DNA of 64,000 nt from Macrostomum lignano (lineage: Eukaryota). Numbering within the stretch: position 1 is the stretch's first letter; each line of letters begins with the position of its first letter. A model generated the notes under the pieces. That model had not been told where the DNA came from and did not search any database. It saw nothing but the letters and a program-made list of their open reading frames with translations. The stretch spans positions 248,001 to 312,000 of the forward strand of contig NIVC01000412.1 in NCBI GenBank assembly GCA_002269645.1, given 5' to 3'. Below, in pieces: positions 24,600 to 64,000 of the stretch. The position numbers and the translations under genes were made by a program.

Positions 24600-25957
24600 T
24601 AATTTATCTTTAGATCTCATATAAATCTTCACTGTTTCTAAACATATCACTGTTTTGCCTTCTTCAAGTTTGTTTTAAATTTCTTTATATCACTATTAAT
24701 ATTATACTTTACTTCTATATTTTTCTTTTGCTTAGTTAGTAGCTCTCTTATAAAAAATTAAATAACTTACCATATTACAACTGGGTGATCAAATATCTGC
24801 TCACTCACAGACTGAGAAATTGAGCACATAATGATATTTGACTTGTGTCAGTAATACAGCTGAAAATTTAAAACAATAAAAGAAAAAAACATTAAAATTC
24901 TTTTAAAAAATATCAGCTGGCCTAAACAGCCCTAAGCTAGGCCTATATCAAATATTTGATTTTAAACTACCTATGTTATATGCTTCTTGTATTTATAATT
25001 GTACAAGAAATAACAAGCTAAAAAGTAAAAATAATGACCAAAACTGCTTCTAAGTTATATATTGATATTACAAAATGTAGAAATAGAAACAGACAGATGC
25101 AACTAAAAATAGACAATAACAAACTATATTGACATAAGCCTAGATATGCTATGTGGCTCATGTCACTTATGTGAGTTTGATGGAAAATGCCACCAGCAAA
25201 TGAGCATTACAAGGGGGTGGCCTATTACAATTTTTGCCGTTTTTATCACTAAAATCAGAATTTCAATTCATAGCTCTTGTCAGTTATACCTCAAATAGGA
25301 CCTATCTTAACAGATAAAAACAATATAATAAGTTAAATATATCAAAAGCACTGGTAAAACTCATTATTATTAATATAAGGCATATCTCCAGACTACAAGT
25401 CCAGTCTATATAAATTAAAAGTCGACTTAAATAGATGGACTAAGTCGATAGCTTTTTGGCACTCCGTACCACTACATTGCAATAGGTCATATGTGCGCGC
25501 GCAGTATAGCCAGAGGGCTTGCTTCTGCTTGCATGTAGCCTAGCCTGCCTGTGCCTGCGCCTGCTCAGGCTTTTCTCGAGATCGCGACGCGATCCAATAA
25601 ATATGTATTCCCTTCAAGTTAAAAAAAGTAGCCACTCAGTAAAGTAGTGAAACAAATTAAATTTACGCTTATAAATATTGTTGCAAATGCGAGCTTTTCT
25701 TAAAATCAAAAGTTTAAATTCTATATTAAAAACTCTTAAATTTATGTTTATATCAGTTTAAAGTCTTGGTTCCAAAATCTTTTAAAAAGTAACTTTCACA
25801 GAAACGAATCTTTAAAAATTCTGTTTACAATGCGAACGTGACTGATTGGGTTAGTCTGACGCTAGCTGCGGTATGTTGTGATTGATAGCTTATTTATATA
25901 CGGTTGTTTGCTCACGACACAGTTTTTTTTCTATCTTCTAGTGTAACTGTACCATAA
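24600..25957. promoter_or_regulatory. Likely shared (head-to-head) upstream region of the PP2C-like and GlyRS genes
   Basis: Divergent gene orientation; local GC/CpG-rich patch at about 25490-25595 in AT-rich DNA; reverse CCAAT (CTGATTGG) near 25842. No start sites can be proven. Confidence 0.4.
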
Positions 25958-28900
25958 ATGTTGCGTCGCATAACGTTCTTTAAGCCTTACTATTGTAGTG
26001 GATGTTGTACCCGTTTTAAGTCGACTTTTTCCAAAGATCCTGTGTCGAATCCCGATGGTAGCTCGTTACCCGATTCAGAAAAAGCCATCCATCCTTTCCG
26101 AGTGGCCGTTGAAGAACAGGTGAATACAACCTTTCTTCTACACTTTTTAAAAATGTAGAAGAAAGGTTTCTCAATGAAATTTTTTTAATGAACATTTTTT
26201 TCAATGAACGCTATTTTTCAATGAACATTTTCTTACTACTTGTTTTCTATATCATAAGTATGAGCTGAATTATTGCATTAATTTTATCCAATTCAAAATG
26301 CATATTTACTGCTTTACTGCTTTAGGGATCCATTGTTAAAAGGTTAATCAAAGAAGCCACAACATCATCAGAAGAACTTGACAAAGCAGTTATTAAACTT
26401 AAAAACAAAAAGCAACTACTCGAGGCAAAGGTATGTTTAAGGATATTGAATTTTTTTTTAATTTCCTATGTCATTGATTAGCTATGATTCTGGTTTAAAT
26501 ATTTTATATTTAATATAATATAATTATATATTTCTTCTTTTTTAGCTTCAAGAACTTTCTTCTTCAATTCCACAAGTGAACAAAGTCAAGCTTGATGATC
26601 TTATAAAGCAAAGATTTTATTATGACCAGTCATTCTCTATTTATGGAGGTAAGTAACAGTAAGCATCTTTGTTACAGTTATTGATGTTCATTTTAGTCTT
26701 GTTTGTTTAAGTTAATAAATTAATTGATATTCTAGCTAATAGCTACTATATTTACAGTATAATCTAAGACATTATGTAGATATTACATTTGTTCCTAGCT
26801 ATATGTTTACTAGTCAAAAAGAATATAAGGCTAATTGAGAAAATAAAATTTGTACTTTTTTCTTTAACTTTATAGTATTTATATTTCCCACAGGTGTTAC
26901 AGGTCTTTATGACTTTGGTCCAGCTGGTTGTGCAGTCAAGAACCACCTGCTGCAGGACTGGAGACAATTCTTTGTCCTTGCTGATGGCATGCTGGAAGTT
27001 GACTGTCCTGTGCTAACCCCTGAAGCGCCACTGCAAGCCTCTGGTCACGTGGAAAAATTCACAGACTACCTGATAAGTGACAGTCTCACTGGCGAGTCCT
27101 ACAGGGCTGACCACCTCATCAGGCAGAGTCTAGAGTCTTTAGCAAAGAAGAAGGGAAAACAAAGCGGTGAAGCCAAGCAAGCTCTGGCTGGGCTGGGCTC
27201 GCTTGATGGGCAGGGCCTGCAGGGGTTGATTGACAGGTAATTAGCTGATCTTGTTAATCTGATGCTACAAACTAATTATGAAGAAGACCTTTCTTCCCTT
27301 TTACTGGAATCTACAGACCATTGCCTTTCTCTCAGTTGGCCATTGAAACAACAAAAATGCGAATAAACTCTAAGTAGACTCCACTCGACTCATTCTAAGT
27401 AGACTACTCTAAATTTTGTAGACTTAGGCCCTAACTAACTTAAGTAGACTCCATCCTATTCTAAGTAGACTCCACCCCATTCTGAGTAGAATTCATTCCA
27501 TCCCATTCTAAGTACTCCACCCGATTCTAAGTATACTCTGCTCGATTCTAAGTAGACTCCACCCTGTTTTAAGCAGACTCCACCTACTAAGTATACTATC
27601 CCATTCTAAGTGCTCTACCCGATTCTAAGCAATCTCCACCCATTCTAAGTAGATTCCACCCCATTCTCAGTAGACTCCACCTATTCTAAGTAGACTCCAC
27701 CCCATTCTCAAGAATAGACTCCACCCCATTCTCAGTAGACTCCACCCCATTCTCAGTAGACTCCACCCTATTCTAAGTAGACTCCACCCCATTCTCAAAA
27801 ATAGACTCCACCCCATTCTCAGTAGACTCTACCCCATTCTCAAAAATAGACTCCACCCCATTCTCAGTAGACTCTACCCCATTCTCAGTAAACTCTACCC
27901 CATTCTCAGTAGACTCCACCCCATTCTCAAAAATAGACTCCACCCCATTCTCAGTAGACTCCACCCCATTCTCAGTAGACTCCACCCCATTCTAAGTAGA
28001 CTCCACCTATTCTAAGTAGACTCCACCCCATTCTCAAGAATAGACTCCACCCCATTCTCAGTAGAATCCACCCCATTCTCAGTAGACTCACCCATTCTCA
28101 GTAGACTCACCAATTCTCAGTAGACTCACCCATTCTCAGTAGACTCTACCCCATTCTCAGTAGACTCTTACCCGACTCCTTGCCAGATTCGGCATCGCGG
28201 CGCCGGGCACGGGCAATGCCCTGACACAGCCCCGCGAGTTTAACCTCATGTTCGACACCGCAGCGGGCGCCGACAGCAGGCAGCAGGGTTGGCGACACCG
28301 CATGTTCCTTCGGCCAGAGACTGCTCAGGGAATTTTTACCAACTTTCGTCGGTTGCTGGATTTCAATCGGGGCCGATTGCCTATGGCGGTCGCTCAGGTT
28401 GGTCAAAGCTTTCGGAATGAGGTTCAGCCGAGGTCCGGGCTGCTGCGGCTCAGGGAGTTTGCGCTGGCCGAGATTGAGCACTTCTACGATCCGGAGGACA
28501 GGTGAGATGAGATATTTTATGACCTGGTAGGATATGTGAGATGAGATATTTTATGACCTGGTAGGACATGTGAGATGAGATATTTTATGACCTGGGAGGA
28601 CAGGTAAGATGAGATATTTTATGACCTGGTAGGACAGGTGAGATGAGTTATTTTATGACCTGGTAGGACAGGTGAGATGATATTTTTTTATGACCTGGGA
28701 GGACATGTGAGATGAGATATTTTATGACCTGGGAGGACAGGTGAGATGAGATATTTTATGACCTGGTAGGACAGGTGAGATGATATTTTTTATGACCTGG
28801 GAGGACAGGTAAGATGAGATATTTTATGACCTGGGAGGACAGGTGAAATGAGATATTTTATGACCTGGGAGGACAGGTGAGATGAGATATTTTATGACCT

Positions 28901-31796
28901 GGGAGGACAGGTGAGATGAGATTTTTTATGACCTGGGAGGACAGGTGAGATGAGTTATTTTATGACCTGGGAGGACAGGTGAAATGAGATATTTTATGAC
29001 CTGGGAGGACAGGTGAGATGAGATTTTTATGACCTGGGAGGACAGGTGAGATGAGTTATTTTATGACCTGGGAGGATGGGTGAGATTAGAGATTCTGAGT
29101 CATAAATACAGGTGAGTTTAGAGATTCAATGATCAGGGACTCGAGTGAGATTAGAGATTATATCGAGCACTCAGAGAGCAGATGAGATCAGACAGACAAA
29201 TGAATGGGCAGATCAAAGGCCTCAAATCAAGATTCGAACTCACCCCCCTTCAGCCGGCACCCGGACTTTGCCTCGGTGTCGGAGCTCAGCCTTCCTCTGC
29301 TGTCCGTCGAAGATCAATCAGCTGCATTGACGGCGCCAACTTGGCTCCAACTGGGCGCCTCAGTAGCGTCAGGCCTGGTGGCGCATGAGACTCTGGGCTA
29401 TTATCTTGGCAGAATCTTCCTATTCCTCACCAAGCGATGCGGCATTGATCCCAGGAGGCTGCGCTTCCGCCAGCACCCGCCCTGCGAGATGGCTCACTAC
29501 GCCGCTGACTGCTGGGACGCCGAGTGCCTCCTCACCGACGGCTGCGGGCGCGTCGACTGGGTCGAGTGCGTCGGCTGCGCGGACAGGGCCGCCTACGATC
29601 TCAGCCGGCACTCGGAGGCCTCCGGTGAGAGCTTGGTGGCCGCGCGGACTGCGACTGGCGGAACCAGGTGCGCCGCCTTTGACTGTTGCTCTCTGACACT
29701 TTCTTAGAAATGTCGAGTTTGCTTTGTACGTGGGTAAGCTCTATCGGAAAACCGGAAGTAGTTTCCTTTGTTTCATGAGATCCCAATTAGGAAAACCGGA
29801 AGTAGTTTCCTGAGATCTTAATTTAACAACCGTAAGTAGTTTCCTGAGATCCCAATTTAACAACCGGAAGTAGTTTCCTGAGATCCCAATTTAACAACCG
29901 GAAGTAGTTTCCTGAGATCCCAATTTAACAACCAGAAGTCAGATCCCAATTTAACAACCGGAAGTAGTTCCCTGAGATCCCAATTTAACAACCGGAAGTA
30001 ATTTCCTGAGATCCCAATTTAACAACCGGAAGTAGTTTCCTGAGATCCCAATTTAACAACCGGATGTAGTTTCCTGAGATCCCAATTTAACAACCGGAAG
30101 TAGTTTCCTGAGATCCCAATTTAACAACCGGAAGTAGTTTCCTGAGATCCCAATTTAACAACCGGAAGTAGTTTCCTGAGAACCCAATTGGAAAACCGAC
30201 TTTTTCTCACTCCGCTTCATCAGTCGCAGCTTCACTCCAAGCGTAGTTGAGCCCAGTTTCGGCGTCGGCCGCTTGTTGTCGGCCATTCTTGAGCACAACT
30301 ACAGGCAGAGGCCGGGCAGAGACGAACAGATGACCTATTTGAGCCTGCCGGCTTGGCTCGCACCCTACCACTGCGCCCTGCTGCCTATGAACGGCGGCTC
30401 AGCCGAGATGCGTCAGCTCATCCGTCGGTTGCATCGGCGACTGGCTGTAGGCGAGAATCTCGCCGGCCTGGTTGACGCCGACTCGCGAGGCGTCTCCATC
30501 GGCAAGAGGTACGCCAGGTGCGACCAACTCGGCGTGCCGTTCGCTGTCACGGTTGACTACGACTCAGTTGCCGAGGTCAAGGCAGGCGCTTTGAGCGAAT
30601 TGGATTCCAATTTGTTGAGCGACTGGCCCGCCGACTGCCGGCAGCCCACCGTCACGCTGCGGGAGAGGGACTCCAGACAGCAGGTCCGGGTTCCGGTAAG
30701 TCTGCTGTTCTGTCTGCTGTTCTGTCTGCTGTTCTGTCTGCTGTTCTGTCTGCTGTTCTGCCTGCTGTTCTGTCTGCTGTTCTGCCTGCTGTTCTGTCTG
30801 CTGTTCTGTCTGCTGTTCTGCCTGCTGTTCTGTATGCTGTTCTGTCTGCGGTTCTGTCTGCTGTTCTGTCTGCTGTTCTGTCTGCTGTTCTGCCTGCTGT
30901 TCTGTATGCTGTTTTGTCTGCGGTTCTGTCTGCTGTTCTGTCTGCGGTTCTGTCTGCTGTTCTGTCTGCTGTTCTGCCTGCTGTTCTGCCTGCTGTTCTG
31001 TCTGCTGTTCTGCCTGCTGTCTGCTCTTCTGTCTACTGTCTGCTGTTCTGCCTGCTGTTCTGCCTGCTGTTCTGTCTGCTGTTCTGTCTGCTCTTCTGCC
31101 TGCTGTTCTGCCTGCTGTTCTGTCTGCTGTTCTGACTGCTGTCTGCTCTTCTGTCTACTGTCTGCTGTTCTGCCTGCTGTTCTGCCTGCTGTTCTGTCTG
31201 CTGTTCTGTCTGCTGTTCTGCCTGCTGTTCTGTCTGCTGTTCTGCCTGCTGTCTGCTCTTCTGTCTACTGTCTGCTGTTCTGCCTGCTGTTCTGCCTGCT
31301 GTTCTGCCTGCTGTTCTGTCTGCTGTTCTGCCTGCTGTCTGCTCTTCTGTCTACTGTCTGCTGTTCTGTCTGCTGTCTGCTGTTCTGTCTGCTGTCTGCT
31401 CTTCTGTCTACTGTCTGCTGTTCTGTCTGGGGGGAGATTAGAGAGAGAGTGTGACTTTGGGAAAGTAGAGAGAGTGACTGGGGGAGATTAGAGAGAATTA
31501 CTGAGGGGGTTAGAGAGAGTGACTGAAGTGAGGTTAGAGAGAGTGACTTGGATCCCATATGATATGGGATTTTAGAAGGGCCTTATCTACCTATAAATCA
31601 TAGATTTTCTAAGAATATGTGGATATTTCAGAGATTTGAAACATTAGCATATAATTAATTATTCCATTCGCATTGCCAGATTGACCGAGTGCCCGGGCTG
31701 GTGAGGCAGCTGGTAGGGCAGCGCATCACCTGGTCGCAGGTGATGGACACAGAAGCTGTGTTTCAAGGCCAGACAGCCACGAAGGGGAACCGGTGA
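25958..31796 (+). CDS. GARS1: Glycyl-tRNA synthetase (eukaryotic homodimeric type), 8 exons, 676 aa predicted
   Basis: Exons 25958-26119, 26326-26430, 26546-26648, 26894-27236, 28187-28501, 29254-29667, 30224-30695, 31680-31796, all GT-AG and in phase. WHEP-like helix pair, IYGGVTGLYDFGP, SGHVEKF, FNLMF, LRPETAQGIF, SFRNE.PRSGLLRLREF..AEIEHF, EMAHYAADCWDAE, ECVGCADRAAYDL, VEPSFGVGR, IGKRYARCDQLGVPFAVTVD. The symbol names the family; orthology is untested. Confidence 0.95.
27365..28165. repeat. 21/24-bp intronic minisatellite CCCCATTCTCAGTAGACTCCA
   Basis: Fills most of GlyRS intron 4 up to about 20 bp before the acceptor. Confidence 0.93.
28490..29080. repeat. 34-bp intronic minisatellite containing the exon end plus 5' splice site
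   Basis: Unit GACCTGGGAGGACAG-GTGAGATGAGATATTTTAT, about 17 copies; the first copy is the real exon 5 donor (GGAGGACAG/GTGAGA at 28501/28502). Confidence 0.95.
29750..30200. repeat. 34-bp intronic minisatellite GATCCCAATTTAACAACCGGAAGTAGTTTCCTGA
   Basis: About 13 copies in GlyRS intron 6. Confidence 0.94.
30700..31550. repeat. 12-bp CTGCTGTTCTGT repeat followed by GAGAGAGTGACT repeats
   Basis: Starts immediately after the GTAAGT donor of GlyRS exon 7; produces the LLFC run in ORF 30273-31454. Confidence 0.95.
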
Positions 31797-32133
31797 CTGG
31801 CAACGGACACAAAATTAACTGACATTTTTACCGCAAATATAAACAAGCATTTTCTATGCTAGAAGTTTTCAATCAATTGAAAAAATTAAAATAATGCTTT
31901 GAGTAATTAATTTTTCTCTTTATTAACGGTTTCGCAGTGTGAATAGTAAAAGCCAGAATTTTTATTGAAAACGATATTTCTTGGGAATATCTAGCTACTG
32001 TTAGTAGCCTCGTACCTATAATCAGTTAAAGTTAAAATTAAATTTCGCTGGTTTTACAGCTTACTGAAATATGCTTATATAATCGAAGATAATTTTATTA
32101 AAATAATCATAATAGTCACTTTTTAGAGGCGCC

Positions 32134-32730
32134 CACAATAACAGTCACTCTTCAGACACAATAACAGTCACTCTTTAGACACAATAACAGTCACTCTTTA
32201 GACACAATAACAGTCACTCTTTAGACACAATAACAGTCACTCTTCAGACACAATAACAGTCACTCTTCAGACACAATAACAGTCACTCTTCAGACACAAT
32301 AACAGTCACTCTTCAGACACAATAACAGTCACTCTTCAGACACAATAACAGTCACTCTTCAGACACAATAACAGTCACTCTTCAGACACAATAACAGTCA
32401 CTCTTCAGCCACAATAACAGTCACTCTTCAGACACAATAACAGTCACTCTTCAGCCACCATAACAGTCACTCTTCAGACAGAATAACAGTCACTCTTCAG
32501 ACAGAATAACAGTCACTCTTCAGACACAATAACAGTCACTCTTCAGACAGAATAACAGTCACTCTTCAGACACAATAACAGTCACTCTTCAGCCACAATA
32601 ACAGTCGCTCTTCAGCCACAATAACAGTCACTCTTCAGACACAATAACAGTCACTCTTCAGACACAATAACAGTCACTCTTCAGACACAATAACAGTCAC
32701 TCTTCAGACAGAATAACAGTCACTCTTTAG
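32134..32730. repeat. 23-bp minisatellite GACACAATAACAGTCACTCTTCA
   Basis: 23-bp periodicity; lies between the convergent GlyRS and WSC stops. Confidence 0.96.
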
Positions 32731-32776
32731 CCCCACAGAACTAAGCTCCAATCATCATTGAGCAGCCTCCGCCTGT

Positions 32777-63206
<30,430 letters not shown>

Positions 63207-63779
63207 GACGCTGTAGGATTGTGAAATAATTTTTCAGATTCAAGTTGATATTTGACAGTATGCAGCATATATTTTTATAGAATGCATGGTTAGACTTTAT
63301 CTGCTTCGCTTAAGCCAGAATCGTTTACAATTTAGCTAGCTGCGCAACTTCGCACGTCTGCCACATCAGCTGATTTCATCGCAATGGTCGCAGATTCAGC
63401 AAGAAAAATGCTACTTCCACAATTTACAATAATTGGAGCTTGTTAAAGTTATACATTTTCATGGGTAACAAAATTCACTTGTGCCAAAGATCGACTAGAA
63501 GTAGTGCAGTGATAATTCAGTCATTTCAATTCATTTATGTTTAGGTATATTACCAGTTGGGTAATAAATTGGTTAATTAGTTAACAGATAGGTACGTATC
63601 TGTAATTACCTGCGTGCCTGTGTTGCGCTCCGGTAATTACTTGGACAGCTAGTTATAAATGGATCGTAAAAGTTTTATTCAACTTGAATAAAAATTATAG
63701 ATTGCAACCTTATTACTGTTAGGAGATCTTTTTCTGGCAACCAGGTTCAGTACCCAATACCTAGGGTATTCAGTAGCCA

Positions 63780-64000
63780 AGGTTACCCAACAATCAGAAA
63801 AGTACCCAGGTTACCCAACTAGTTAGAAAAGTACCCAGGTTACCCAACTAGTTAGAAAAGTACCCAGGTTACCCAACTAGTTAGAAAAGTACACAGGTTA
63901 CCCAACTATTTAGAAAAGTACACGGGTTAGCCAACTAGTTAGAAAAGTACACAGGTTACCCAACTAGTTAGAAAAGTACCCAGGTTACCCAACTAGTTAG
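63780..64000. repeat. 29-bp tandem repeat AAAGTACCCAGGTTACCCAACTAGTTAGA, cut by the window end
   Basis: 29-bp periodicity read directly. Confidence 0.93.

Noticed and set aside
29708-29733. 26-bp AG...GTAAGC mini-exon that might restore part of GlyRS insertion 3
   Set aside because: It ends in phase 1, whereas both nearby acceptors of exon 7 need phase 2; inclusion would frameshift.

Overview
Intron-rich, repeat-saturated animal genomic DNA with GC-rich exons, AT-rich intergenic stretches and many micro/minisatellites. The style resembles the flatworm Macrostomum, but species identity is only an inference. I reconstructed four spliced host genes by hand from GT-AG junctions and phase continuity. 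(1) A 171-aa signal-peptide, cysteine-rich protein with no family I recognise (minus, 7496-9561). (2) A PP2C-like domain gene of the Drosophila CG9801 type (minus, about 20.4-24.5 kb, start not located). (3) A divergent glycyl-tRNA synthetase with a mitochondrial-type leader that lacks the usual eukaryotic insertion 3 (plus, 25958-31796). (4) A 15-exon gene for a secreted protein of 12 tandem WSC domains, mostly one domain per phase-1 exon (minus, 32777-63206), with a 16-kb minisatellite in one intron. The first 20 kb is mostly decayed and nested transposons: an RTE-type LINE containing a MITE, a piggyBac, a Ginger/GIN-like integrase, and an RNase H LINE containing a 173-bp solo-LTR-like insert, plus a non-coding element sharing that LINE's tail. 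Most large introns carry their own tandem repeat, several starting at or duplicating a splice site, and several arrays share an E2F-like TTTTGGCGCC/TTTCCCGC core. All exon coordinates are hand-derived and unconfirmed by transcript data.
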